A stretch of 63,984 bases of DNA, counting the filler, from Folioceros fuciformis (lineage: Eukaryota): assembly GCA_049999805.1 (NCBI GenBank). It is 9 parts of 9 records of this genome, joined end to end, with 100 filler letters (N's around TTAATTAATTAA, not from the genome) between each part and the next. Parts side by side here need not be neighbours in the genome. Positions count along the whole stretch, not along the records: positions 44,691 to 51,145 come from JBNGIO010003875.1; positions 51,246 to 59,275 come from JBNGIO010003876.1; 7 more parts are not named here. One strand, given 5' to 3'. Each line of letters opens with the position of its first letter. Positions within the stretch are counted from its first letter, which is position 1. Shown here piece after piece: positions 46,195 through 59,375 of this stretch. A model generated the notes under the pieces. That model was not told the origin of the DNA. It saw only the letters and a list, made by a program, of their open reading frames with translations, and did not search any database. Position numbers and translations under genes: made by a program.

Positions 46195-49100
46195 AGCCAG
46201 GGCTATCAGAGCGCCCTCACAATTAAGGCGGGAGGAGTTCAAGACAAGAGTTGCAAAGGTCGAGGTTACTACCGGGGTAGAAACGGTGGTCCTAGGGGGG
46301 TCAAATCAGGCTAGCACCCAGAAGGTCATCTGGTATGGAGAGAAGAAAATTGGTCGAGCGGATGTCGGAGGTAGTTGGGAGGGGGAGGGGGTGAGAGAGT
46401 CCTACTACCAAGATATGCTCCTTGTTACATCTTGTGTGGTGGCAAGGTCCACAAAAGTTTTACATCCAAGAGCAGTGCCTCAAAACCCCTCAACCCATGG
46501 TAGAGGCAAATGTGGACGGGCTGAAATATCTGCCATAGAGACAGGACCAAATTGTAGTCGATGCAACTCAAAAAGCACTCAACAAGATGGTGCAACGACT
46601 AGTTCTTGCAGCGGCCTCTCCGAATGGAAAAAAATGTAAGGTTGGTTACAGACTAGAGAAGAATAGAGCGGAGAGCCCAATGAAGGCACAACACGTGGTC
46701 TCTACTAGGCAAGTTGTTGGCCTCAAAAGTCCTCCAGCACTCTCAAGAGTGGAGATAAGATCCAAGAGTTGGATGGCAGGAACAAGCCTATTCCCCCAAC
46801 CACCAACATGACAGAGGGTGGGAGTTCACCTCTACGACATAGCGCAGCCTACGGGACGAAAGAAAAAGCTTTTTCTACTCCCTGTGCAAATGAGGATAGC
46901 GAAAATGATTGGCATGAAGTCAGGATCACCTTACCAAGTGATGAGGGCGATTTGATGGCTCCTAATCTTACAGGAGGGGAGGACTGTCAGCGAGATGAGC
47001 CTGGGAACTGTAACCTTCTCCCAGTACAGGTAGAGGACATCCACTCTGAAAGTGAAGGTGCACCAAGAACGGCAAGATATAGGCTAAAACAAGTTTCAGT
47101 AGCTGTCCTAGCAGCAAGGAGACTCAAGGCCTCTTGGCAGTACCTAGCACTAGCCACACCTAGACCTGAGGTGCTACTAGTGGTGGTGACCGGGGGGAAG
47201 ATTCTTGCCTTACAAGACAAAATCTTTGCTACTCTCGTCTCGAGGGGGTGGGCCTTAACAGGCCTGCATGGAAATGAAGTGCAATTTTTTAGTGGAATTT
47301 TCATGAAAGACAATCAACACTATGAGGTTGTCCTCCTTTGAGAGGCTAGCATTCTAGTGACTCCTTTGAATCCAAAGTGGCGATGGGTGCTACATGCACT
47401 ATAGATGAGCAAATGCAGTAGGCCTTCAAAGGAAGGAAGGTTGGGGACTAGCGAGGCTCCATTGTCTCTAGATGACAAGGGAAGTGGGGATCAGCTCCTT
47501 AGGGCCAGGCGCAACTTAGAGCGTTTATGCAAACTTGCTCAAGTGCACAAATCAAGTGAGGGCCCCCTTCCTCCTAAGAGGGAGGATAAGCCTCGTCACC
47601 CAAAGAGCGGGGTAATTCATAATCTTGTAAGCAAGTTTTCGTAGATGGGATTTGACAAGCTACAACATCATGAGAGAGGGTCTCATCTTCGGATTATCTC
47701 TTGGAATGTTAGAGGACTTGGAGGGTGGTCTAAAGCGGCCTCAAAATGTAGAAGACTCAACCACGTTCTCTTGGAGGAAGTCACGTGGGATGTGGTATGC
47801 CTGTAGGAACAAAAACTCTCGACTAACCAAATCCAAAGACTGAAGAAAATTTTTGTGCTGGGAAGGACGGTTTGGGCAGCAACTTGTGCTGCAGACAATG
47901 TAGGGAGGACTCTCTCCAGCAAGCATGAAGCGGCGACGCGGGGAGGAGTATCATTACGGTTCACCTTGAACAAGCTCACAATGTTCTAGAGACAGAACAA
48001 GATGAGTTAGGTCAGTTCGTGTGGTTGGTGCTCCACACTCCTCAAGGTCCGTTGGGGATTTGCAATGTTTGCGCTCCAAATGCTGCCTCCGATAGGGTGG
48101 ATTTATGGGCCATGTTAGGGGAGCACCTGGATGTTAAATCCCTTGGATGTTGATTGGCGACTTCAACTTTGTTGAGCGCTGGGAGGATAGAGGGGGGAGT
48201 CCATTGGATGTGCGAGCAGTACCCCTGGCTTGGCAGGAGGTAAGGGATACTATACTTAACGTGGAAGATCCGTGGCTGGTGCTACCTGTGCATCGTCGAC
48301 ATGACTCGTTCTTATTTAGCTGGTCAAATCAACAGGTTGCGTCACCAGGGGCGAGAAGGTTGGATAGGGTCTACCTTCCCACAAGTTGGTTGCTGTTTGT
48401 ACAAGCGTACAATATTGTGGCGGGTATAGTTTTGTCAGACCACCACCTGCTTAGTTTGCATCTCTGCTTGGCACCCCTAACTGGTCGGCATCAACTTAAC
48501 ATACAAAACTTTAGGGTGAACTTGTCACTTCTTGCACATGAATGAGTCTATGACAGGATAAAGATGCTATTGCAAGAAGCTAAGAGGGGAGATGATCCTA
48601 TGGTACATAAACTGATGCAAGCGAATACCTCTGGAGGCGACAAGGTTCCTAAGGGTTTATGGGGCTCAGCGGAAGCAGGAGTAGAGGCAAAGGGAAGAGT
48701 TGGGGCACCTTCAACGCTTAGAGGAAGAACAAGGTCTGAGCAGTGTGGAAGCGAGCTGCCTTTTGGAAACCCAAGGCTCATCGGCAAAGATTGAAGAAGA
48801 CAAAGCACGAGGATGGTTCAAGCATGCCAAGGTCTAATGCATAAGAGAAGGCAATTGCCCTTCTAAGTTCTACTTTGATAAGGTGACTGCTAACAAACAC
48901 AAGTCAAGAATTCCCGCTCTTTCGGATTCTAACGGCGTCATCCAGGAGTCACTTTCAGCTCTGTTGAAGATAATCACCTGCTTCTATGTTGGAATCTTCT
49001 CCAGCTTAGGCAAAGTAGCAGGGTGGGAGCGGCTTTGGTCTACTTCTTATGGCTGGGTTCCTGCCAAGGTCTTTGAGTCTCAACGCCTACTACTAGAGAA

Positions 49101-50907
49101 ACCTATCTCCACAGATGAGGTTGTGCAAGTCTTGAAGTCCATGCCTAGGAATAAGTCGCCAGGACACGATGGCATCCCACCAGAATTTCTCCTCTGAGGT
49201 TGGTAGTTCATGGCTCCATTGTTCATGGAGGCAATGAGTGTGATGTGGGAAGAAGGCACAATGGGCAAGTGGTTTAATTTGGGAGTAATCTCCTTAATAC
49301 CAAAGCAGAGAGCAAGCCTATCAATCTCCAACTGGAGCCCAATTACATTGCTCACTACAACGTACAAAGTAGGGGCTAAGGTACTTGCCAATAGGATCAA
49401 GCCTTTCTTGGATGATTGGATTGAGGAGGAGCAAGGGAGCTTCATTCAAAGCAGATGTATTTTGGACAACCTTTTGCTCCTGAGAGAGGCCAAGGCTCAT
49501 GCATTGACAGGAGGTAAGCCGTCAATCTTTCTCTCCTTGGACTTCTACAAGGCTTATGACTCCATGAAATGGCATTTTCTGTGGAGGTGCCTTAGGAGTT
49601 TTGGATTAGGGAGCAACTTCTGCTGGTGGGTGGCCATCTCATGTGAAGACACAGGTGCCAAAGTGGCAGTCAATGGGGCTTTTATGGAGAGGTTTGAAAT
49701 TTCCCGTTCCGTCTGTCAAGGCTATCCATTAGTGCCCTTCTTATTCATCATTGTTACTGACTTTTTGTTAAGGGCGGTGAAACTAAACCCAGAGATCGAA
49801 GGCCTGCACCTTCCAGACGGGTCCCAATTGCAAATATCCGCATTTGCGGATGACACTCTCCTCTTTTCATATACTATGGAGGCATCTTTACAAAGCCCTT
49901 CTCCACCAGGTTCAGGTTTTTGGGTTGCTCTCTGGTTGCAAAGTGAATTGGAGTAAAACCAAAATGTGTGTATTAATCTGAAGGAGGAATTACCCGGATG
50001 TATCAAGCACACTAGCAAAGTTCAGGCTGGCTCACCCCATAAGTATTTAGGTCTGCCATTCCAAGAAGCGGAGGAGAATGAAGAAATTGAAAAATTTGTC
50101 TGCCTTAAGTTTATCTGGAAAGCTACAAGACTGAAGCTCCTTGATCTAAACTTGGCTGGTAGGCTAGTTGTGACTAACCACATTCTATCAGCTTCCTTGT
50201 GGTACTACCTCTTCGTATGGGCTCCTTCTAAGTCAGAGATTAAGAGGCTGCAACACGTGATTGGTAGCTTCTTATGGGGTCGGTCTATCGAGATGGTTAA
50301 TTCCCCTCATAGAGTGGCGTGGAATCACGTCATACAACAACAGCGGGTGGCCTAGGGCTAGTGGACCTCTTGTATAAGATGAAGGCTCTACACGCGCAAT
50401 GGGTTATTAAAGCAGGCAATCCAGCTTGCTATTCGTGGAAAAGCCTTTTGAGACAGTTTCTTGATCGCACTCAAGTGGTCCTGCAAGGTAGAAGGTCATA
50501 TAACAACATCCTAGTAGATAAAATGTTGTTAGACACTAAAGATTGTTACCCATTGTTCAGGTCCATTTGGAGCAGCTTCCTGGAAGTGCAATCTCTGTTG
50601 ATCTCGACCCCGCCTGCAAACAGTGATGATGTCTTAGGTACCCCCTGCAAGGCTTTCGGAAGATGTGGTGCCAGAGTTTGTACCACGAGTGTACTGCTCG
50701 CAAATTTTTAGGGCTGGTAGTTGCAAAGGGGTTTACCATCTAAGGCACCTATGGTGTAGGGCTGAGGGTTGCTGGAAAGAGGTTGGGGAGATTTGGGAGG
50801 AATTTAGCATCCCGGTGCGATACATTCGTCTTATGTTAACTTGGCTGCAAGAAGGGATGGAAGTGGTGATGAAGCAAGCTCTACTTTTGAAATCAACAAG
50901 TGGCTAA
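46195..50907 (+). mobile_element. Decayed L1/Tx1-type LINE (ORF1 relic; ORF2 APE endonuclease + RT)
   Basis: IISWNVRGL at about 47692, GDFN, RLDRVY and SDH (APE); KSPGHDG, PITLL...YK..AKVLANR, LDFYKAYDS, QGYPL, FADD and KYLGLP (RT). Many stops and frameshifts. Confidence 0.92.
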
Positions 50908-51566
50908 AGAGGAGTGGGGAGCCTTTGGCATGGAGGACTGGGGGGGAGACTCGGACACTTTTACACCTTCACACAAATAGGGGATGGAGGATCAAGGTCC
51001 TTTAGGGTGGAGTCAACATAGGGATTCTTAGAGAAACAAAGTAGGAGTGAAGGATAGCTTCTTTGACAATCCCTGCAGCCCATTACGGTCTTGACAGTTG
51101 TGAACCTCCAAAGTTTGGGGTAGTAGTTTGTTTTGGTTGAAAAAGNNNNNNNNNNNNNNNNNNNNNNNNNNNNNNNNNNNNNNNNNNNNTTAATTAATTA
51201 ANNNNNNNNNNNNNNNNNNNNNNNNNNNNNNNNNNNNNNNNNNNNAGAGTATGGCCAGGCAGACCAGAGGACGCTATTCTCGCGGACGAGCGAGGTTACG
51301 AAGCCGAATCACGTGTTGTCGTCGCATATGAAAGGCGCTAACGCTGCGTACTGGATTGCAAGTGTTAGAGCATCAACGTTGAGGGCGAAGACTCAAGCTA
51401 GTTGGGATCTCGGCCACAAGGCAGAATTGGATCTCAACGAAGGATTTAGGCTCGACATATCATCCTAAATTGTGGACAGAAGAATCAGAACGAGGGTAAC
51501 CAAATCTACATTATATTTCGACGGTTTCTAACTAGCATTTTGGTTGATTTGCATCGATTTTGAAAC

Positions 51567-54128
51567 ATGTCGTCCTTAGAAAACGTCATGTTCAATATCG
51601 AGAAGTTAGATGGTACTAACTTCTCGTTCTGGAAAGAACAAGTATATAATGTTCTAGTACAGAAGAAGCAGATCAAGCCCATCAAGTTGTTAGGAGTGAA
51701 ACCTGTTAGCATGACTCAGGATGAGTGGCAAGATCTAGATGAGCTTGCTAGGTCTACCATCATGCTAACATTGTCTAAGTCGGTCTACTTCAACGTGAAA
51801 GACAAGACCACAAGCTATGAGCTATGGCAGAAGTTGTGTGACCTATAGAGAAGCGGCTTCTCAGGTGTACTGGTTGAAACAGCTGGTGGACTTGAAGATG
51901 AAGGAAGGGACGAGGATGTCCGATCATCTGAACGAGTTCAATACCATTTTCAGCCAGCTCTCGTCTCAAGGTATCTCGTTTCCAGATTCCGTGAGAGCTA
52001 TGTGTCTGTTGGTCACATTATTAGAGAGCTGGGACACCTTTCGTACAACTCTGAGTAATTCTGCTCTTGCTAGTGGTCTTACCATTGTAAATGTAGAAGG
52101 TAGCCTGTTAACAGAGGAGGTGAACAAGAAGAATATGGAACCTTCGAAAGGTTCCAATGCCCTCATGGTCAGAGGAAGGTCCACTTCAAAGGGGAAGTAC
52201 AAGGAGCAAAGTTCTTCCCGTAGTAAATCTCGTAGTCGTAACAATGTTGAGTGTTACCATTTTCACAAGAAGGGGCACATCAGGAAGGACTGCGAGAAGT
52301 TCAAAAAGGACAAAGAAAAAGAGAAGAAGCAAAGCGACAACAAGGCAAGTCCGAGTACCAAACCTAATGAGGTGAATTCTGTTGACGATGGAGATGTTCT
52401 TATCTCTTCTTCCTTCGATTCTGCACAACTGACAGCCATGGAGAGTCACTTATTCTCTAATTGGATAATTGACTGTGGAGCATCTTTCCATGTTACTCCG
52501 CATAGGGAGTGGTTTAGCACGTATGATGCTACTAGGAAAGGATGTGTACGGCTGGGAAATAACTATGCATGCGAGATTGCAGGCGTTGGTGATGTGTAGT
52601 TGAAGTTCGACAACGGATCTTCATTCGTACTGAAGGATGTTAGGCATGTTCCCAAGTTGGCTAAGAGCATGATTAGTGCAGGGCAGTTGGATGACGCTGG
52701 CTACCACTGTTGGTTTGGAGATCGTTCTTGGAAGATCTCCAAAGGTTCTCTTGTGTTAGCTCGTGGATCGAAGTGTGGCACTTTGTACTCACTTCAGGTA
52801 ACCACTGTCAAGGATCATGTGATTTGTGTAGGGATACTTGGCTATGGTGAATCTGGTGAGATGGGATACCCTCTATGGGATCCAGAGGCCAAGAGGATGG
52901 TTCGCAACAATGTCGTGTTCTTCAATGAGACCAAGATGCACAAGAAGCCTACTCCAACTGTGGAGGTGCGACGGGTGGTCTTCCAAGAAGATGGACTTAA
53001 TCGTCCTGCGCAGGTTGAACGTCATGATGTGCAGGAACAAGTTCCTCTACTTGTAGAAGAGGAAAGAGTGCAACCAGCTCCGGTTGAGGCGCCATTGCTT
53101 CGTAGGTCAGGAAGGATCTCACGTCCTCCTGACAGGTATGTTGCATCTCTTGATTATGTCATGCTGACGGATTGTGGGGAGCCCTCTTGTTACCAAGAGG
53201 CCATGTCAGTGACTGACAAGGACAGGTGGGAGAAAGCGCTGCAGTCGCAGATGGATTTGCTCCACAAGAACCAAACTTGGGAGTTGGTTCGCTTGCCTAA
53301 GGGCAAAAAGGCGTTGCCCTGCAAATGGGTGTATAAGATGAAGGACATACCCCATTATGGCAAACCCAAGTACAAGGCATGATTGGTTGCGAAGGGTTTT
53401 AAGCAACAGCAAGGTATTGACTTTGATGAGATTTTCTCACCAGTTGTCAAAATGACCACCTTGCGATGTGTTCTTGGTCTGGTTGCGCGGCACGACATGG
53501 AACTCATCCAGATGGATGTAAAGTCGGCATTTCTGCATGGTGATCTCCAAGAAGAGGTATACATGCAGCAACCAGAGGGTTTTATTGAGAAGGGCAAAGA
53601 GAGTCTGGTGTGCAGGTTAAAGAAGAGCCTTTATGGTTTGAAACAAGCACCCAGGGAGTGGTATTTCAAGTTCCACTCATTTATGCTTTCTCAAGGCTAC
53701 AAGCGTAGCGATGAGGATCATTGCCTCTATACGAAGCAAGCTAAGGATGGAAGCTTGCTCATTCTGGTCCTCTATGTGGATGATATGCTAATTGCTGGGA
53801 CTAACAGTGATGAGATTTCAACGTTGAAGTCAAGGTTGAATGGTCGCTTTGACATGACAGACTTGGGAGAGGCAAGCCATATTCTTGGCATGCGTATTCG
53901 TCGAGACAGACAGAAGCGTTTGCTGTACTTGTCTTAGATTGAATACATTAACAAGGTGCTTCAACGTTTCAATATGGAGAAGGGGAAGGTATTAAGTACT
54001 CCGTTGCCTCCATATGTGAAACTGTCGAGCAAGGATTGCCCAAGCTCTGCGGAGGACAAAGCTGAAATGGAGAAGGTTCCATACTCATCAGTTGTAGGGA
54101 GTTTGATGTATGCAATGATTGCTACACA
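51567..54128 (+). mobile_element. Ty1/copia family A copy with internal deletion of the integrase core
   Basis: Closely similar to 10892-14107 (-), but jumps from DHVIC to LGYGESG at about 52830. Confidence 0.96.
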
Positions 54129-54514
54129 TTCCTCCTATGATTCCTCCTATTGAAAGTACCGCGCTTCTGTGAGAACATTTGCCAAAGGGCTTAGTTGAAG
54201 ACCTGGACCCTCTTTTGCCGAAACCGAGGCATATTCTTGAGAAGCGTCTGCCTGCGCCTGTTCATGAGCATAATCCATCTCATGTGTCCNNNNNNNNNNN
54301 NNNNNNNNNNNNNNNNNNNNNNNNNNNNNNNNNNNNNNNNNNNNNNNNNNNNNNNNNNNNNNNNNNNNNNNNNNNNNNNNNNNNNNNNNTGCGCACAAAC
54401 TGACCACGGCCGCCCATGTGCCAACTGTGGAGCCCCCCGTGGGGAGCTCAACGCCTCCATTGAGGCCCCAAGCTAGGCCCTTGGCAACACCGCCTTCATC
54501 GCCCGTCACCCCCT

Positions 54515-54785
54515 CCAAAGGAATTCCCACAGTGCATTGTGTAGAGATACTTGCTGTATTTTTTTCATTATATTCATTAAAAGCTTGATATTTGTTCGGA
54601 TCATGTTGATTTTTCATATAGAAATTAATAATGCCATATAAAGTTTGTCTGACTGCCTCATTATATGAGGCACCATTTGAATCATACGCATGTTTACCAT
54701 AACAGCTATAATAGAATACATTTTTTTGATTGTTTACGCCAAAACTAATTGGATAAGTGCAAGAGAGCAGGAATATGAATAGCAT
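54515..54785 (-). pseudogene. Truncated secreted Gnk2/DUF26-like fragment
   Basis: AT-rich ORF with a hydrophobic leader then FYYSC...Y.SNGASYNEAVRQTL...ASISTQC. The remaining cysteines are missing and the frame runs into unrelated GC-rich DNA. Confidence 0.4.
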
Positions 54786-57700
54786 GCAAGCATATATAGA
54801 CCTTGTGTTAACTTACACGATGTCACTGTCATTCCTGTTTGTCGCTCAAGGTGCTAATCGATGATGCACCAGCTCTGTTCGTCAGCTCATAGGCGCAGGT
54901 TGATGGGCCTGAGCGCCAGTCTGCAGGTGAAACCAAGAGTAACATGACTCATCTTGGAACAATCTTCGCGGACCCAACAAAGAAACAGTTTTTAGGCAGC
55001 GCTCCCCACCACCTCGACGCAGAGACAACACCAAGTGCCCAAGAGGTTGTCGAGCAGGAGTGGAGATGTAACCAGTAGTGGCCTCTGAGCAGTTCGTTGG
55101 CTCACATCAGACTTACCGTGAGCTTCAGGTTGTGGTTCCTATTGGTACCCGCGTACAAGTCCAAAGAGGTACTCTTGGGCAGGTCTACTAGAGGCAAGAT
55201 GGGCGACTCTGCTGCATCCGTCAACAAACACTGCGAGCAGGGGCAGTCCATGAGAGGCCGTAAGGGGAGGTCGCTTTGACAGAAGCTCCAGATGCCCACT
55301 GACTGGCGTGTGTCTCAGGCAACCCTGCGAGGTGTGGAGATCAGCATGGTAGACCGCTTCTATCCCCACTCCTCATAACCCTGCATCTACACCACTTGCC
55401 TCGCACGCGGTGCAGAAGTGACCTGAAAGCGGTATGTAGTGGCTGGTGCTTCCCTGTCGGGCAAAACCCGCCGGCGGCTCGGTCTCTGGCTCCACTCTCC
55501 CGGCCTGGACTCCCGCGCCTCAATCCCACGGTACCGCAAGAACCCACTCTTGCACGCTGCTCCTCTCACTACCTGCATCGCTCCCGGTATCTCCCAGTTT
55601 ACCGAACCCCCCCGCTTCCGAAGGCTCCCGCTAGGTGACCGCCCGCACCCCCGATACATGACCTCCAGCTTCCAAACCTCCGATAGAGGTCTTGCATGAT
55701 GTCGGTGGTGTCAGAAGCTTGATCGTGACAGTTGTGCGGACCATGGTGTGATTGTCGAGCTTACACAGCGCGTTACTGTTGAATTCTCAGTTTTGTTGCC
55801 CTTGTGCAACGTGACACTCCCGCAATCACAGCGATCGGTGCATGTGAGACTTACGAGCGAGCGGGATGTGAGCACACATCCCGCTCGCTCGATTGTGCTC
55901 ACCAATGTGCTGCAGTCCGAGTAGAAAGGCAAAGAACCAGCCGAGTACCCCGCACCCGGTATACAAGTGCAAGACCATCACCACGTAGCGCACCAAGCTA
56001 ACCAAGCTACCGCGATGGAAACGGAAGTCCACACGACACCATGGTCTAAACTCGTTAACCATTTCCTGGTGAGAACTTTTGTAGGGCGAATCATTACCGA
56101 ATTGATAGCACTTGCTCTTTACGACGGACGCAAATATACCATACAATTCCTAAACTAGCTTTGGCTATCGGACAGCATTAAGAAAGCAAAAGTGAAATGA
56201 ACACAGCTCGTTTGTTAAGGATTGGTGATTATATTAGCTCGCAGCTATCTCCATAAATGACTATTCAAGATAGACTATAAAGAAAGAGGAAGAAAATCCT
56301 ACAATCATATGGGTTGTTCAAGGATGATGGGCATGCTTTCATCCCATGCTCTTTAGAACTATGGAGCTATGACAAATTTATGGGGCCATGGCAAGGACTT
56401 TTCAAAGTTCATCAACTAGTGCATAAGATGTATCCATTGCTTTGGAAAGAACATTGGCTAAACATATCGATTACTTTACTAAGTGCATTTCTGGTTTTAA
56501 AACAATTGTGAAATGATGCTCCTAGTCATGGGCATGCTCTACTCTACTACTAGTTATTCAGGCCTTTGTGGTAAAGATAGTCTCCCAAGGCAAAGAAGAT
56601 TGCTATATGAAATAGACACCACTTTCATTTGCATATTCATGTATACATATTGCAAGATATGTATGCAAGTGCTATTGATTTTCCACTAGCAAAGTTCTTT
56701 CGAATACAACAACAAATTTTTAATCTAGATTCATGTAACATGTTTATGTCAATCATCCAGGCGCCATAAGCAAAATGCAAGTTATACACTTATGCAATTC
56801 CGTTATCTTTTATTATTGAAAAAGAGATGAAAAATCCCATCTACAAAGTGAGAGTCTACTCTTGCTACAACAATCCATCCCAAGTATGCCAAGTATATGA
56901 TCACATGTATGTATGTATGCAGGTGAGATTACATGTTACAAGAAGATATATGGGTTATCAAGTTGTACTTAAACCAATTATGATAGAGTCTTTTTTATCT
57001 CTAGAATTTTATGATATTTATTTTTTCTCCTCTTAGATTGCAAGTTTCTATGAAGGAGATATCTATCATAGGTCTCCCTAAACACTAGTAGACTTGGAAG
57101 AGTGAACCACATGTCTACCTAGACACTCGTCGTCTTTACAAGTCTCCCAAGAAGCTTGTAGTCTTGGAAGGTAAATAAGAGGTCTGCCTAAAGGCTTATG
57201 GTCTTGGAAATATGGTACACTATGGGTCTTCATGGAGGTTTCTGATCTGGTAATGTTTCTGATCTGGTAATATGAGATAGTGGTAGTCCAAGTCCAAGAT
57301 TCCGAACAGAGAGAATAACAGCAAGTAACATGCTTGTAACAAGCTATTGACTTGTAACCTCCCACATGCAGCATCGTGCCCATGGCCCAACATTTGCAGT
57401 CTCTTGTGGCCACGCCAAAAAAAGGAAGAAAGGTCATCTAGCGTGCACATCTTCACGAACACCAAACTGCGCACGAAAGTTCACGACGCAGGTGGTCACC
57501 ACTACTAACGTCACTCATTCAAGGGTGCTCTTTCCACGACCCGGGAGTACCGCTGCCTGCCCATCTGTAAGGCACCAGTGCTTCCATACAAGAGGGCAAC
57601 CACGAGCGACTTGACGCCCCGCCACCTCCATGCGTTCGGACACGGCAAGTGCCTCTTCCCAAACTCGTTCAACTGTCAGCCCATGTGGCGCTTCCTTTAA

Positions 57701-58485
57701 GGCAAAGCATGGCATCAATCCTGGTGGGCGTGTACACATTTCAAATGTGTACATGCCCACCCACCAGGCAGGTGCCACATGTCATTGAGGCAGCAGCGTC
57801 CTCACCCTTTTGATGCACACACAGCTTACAACCACAAACGGACTGTTTTCTCTTTCGCATTCAGTACTGTATGCAATGGGACTGTTCTCCCCACGGCAGG
57901 CATGATACGTGTATTCAAGTTGGACTGCAATGGCCGACTTGGGGCATTCTCATTCAACGTGCTTGGTCAGGACCGACCGCATTTTCTTCGGATGAGTGCA
58001 AACTAAGGTATGTATGACGGTGCAAGGGCTAGGACTCAGGAGCGTTCCTGCGCTGAGCTCAGGTGCTGGGTCCTACCGTCCACAAACCTACCTACCTACA
58101 GTACCTTCCATGTGAAGGAAGGCATCTTTCGTGCAAGTAGCATAGTAGCAAGAGTCACGTCGTGTTGTGACGAGTTGGGGGGGGGGGGCGGAGGGGGAAG
58201 GAGGGTTGGAACTTGGAGCAGCAGTTCACAAAACTTTAGCCTTTCCTGTCCGAGATGCTGGCCCACTCAGTCCACAACACCTAGACATGGTTGCATAAGA
58301 TATGCAAGTATGGAGCACGAATATCCACTCGTTACAGACGAGAGAGCGTGGGGAATACATAGGAAACACCAAGCACGCTCATGCCTTGATGAGTGGAGAC
58401 GAGTGAAGCCCGTCAACTCTCTTGCTGGCTACCACTCAACCCTCTGGTGTCGCGGAGATTTAAGAGTCTTGTATGGTGTACAACC

Positions 58486-58830
58486 TCTCCTCGAGTGTGT
58501 GTGCTTTGATGTTGACGTCCCCTAGCTTATCCTTGTCTGGCATCCCATACCTCCTCGAGTGTGTGTGCCGTGAGGTTGGTGTCCTCTAGGCTGCCTATCC
58601 TTCTCTGGTATGCCAATCCTCCTCGAGTGTGTGCTAGTGAGGTTGCTATCCCGTAGCATATCCTTGTCTGGTGTCCCACTCCTCCTCGAGTGTGTGTGCT
58701 GTGAGGTTGATGTCGCCTAACCTGTCCTTGTTTGGCGTGCCAATCCTCCTCGATTGTGTGCTTGTGAGGTTTCTGTCCCGTCCGGTAGCCTGCCCGAGTC
58801 TGGTCTCCCAATCCTTCAGTGTGTGATGTG
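58486..58830. repeat. Diverged minisatellite of about 63-68 bp, 5-6 units
   Basis: Core CCTCCTCGAGTGTGTG recurs at about 58487, 58550, 58618, 58681 and 58745, with a weaker unit at about 58813. Confidence 0.85.
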
Positions 58831-59375
58831 AGCTGGCTGACCCTGCTACAAAACGGATGATACATACAACCCATTCATCATATTTGCTTGCATTGGGAAG
58901 CGCAGCTTAGCACAGCATGGCAGCGGAGGGGACAATCACTGGCGCGAGTTACCGGAGAAGTTGCAACAGCTGCTGCCTCACAAGGAGTCAGGGGAGAAAC
59001 TATTATATTCAAACCGAAGGGTGAACGCAGGTCACCGGAGACGTCTTGCAATGGTTATAAGTATGGCAGATGACAGACCTGGAGGAGCGGCAGACAGGGG
59101 GCGACTTCACTCTCTGCTCGAGAACTGAAATTTTGTTACAGACATCGTGGTGAACCCTCCACCTGAAGAAGTGAAAACAAGGTTGGGAAAAATTCTCAGG
59201 GTCCCAAACCTAGCAGACGACGACTGCTTTCTGTATTGCATCAACGCCCATGGTGGGACTGATGAAAACGGAAGGNNNNNNNNNNNNNNNNNNNNNNNNN
59301 NNNNNNNNNNNNNNNNNNNTTAATTAATTAANNNNNNNNNNNNNNNNNNNNNNNNNNNNNNNNNNNNNNNNNNNN

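Noticed and set aside
55706..55717. TGGTGTCAGAAG as a tRNA-Leu primer-binding site
   Set aside because: No LTR CA end immediately before it and the complementarity does not extend.
58486..58830. CRISPR-like array (also considered for 9307-9567)
   Set aside because: Inter-core segments are homologous to each other rather than unique spacers. No cas genes, and the context is eukaryotic.
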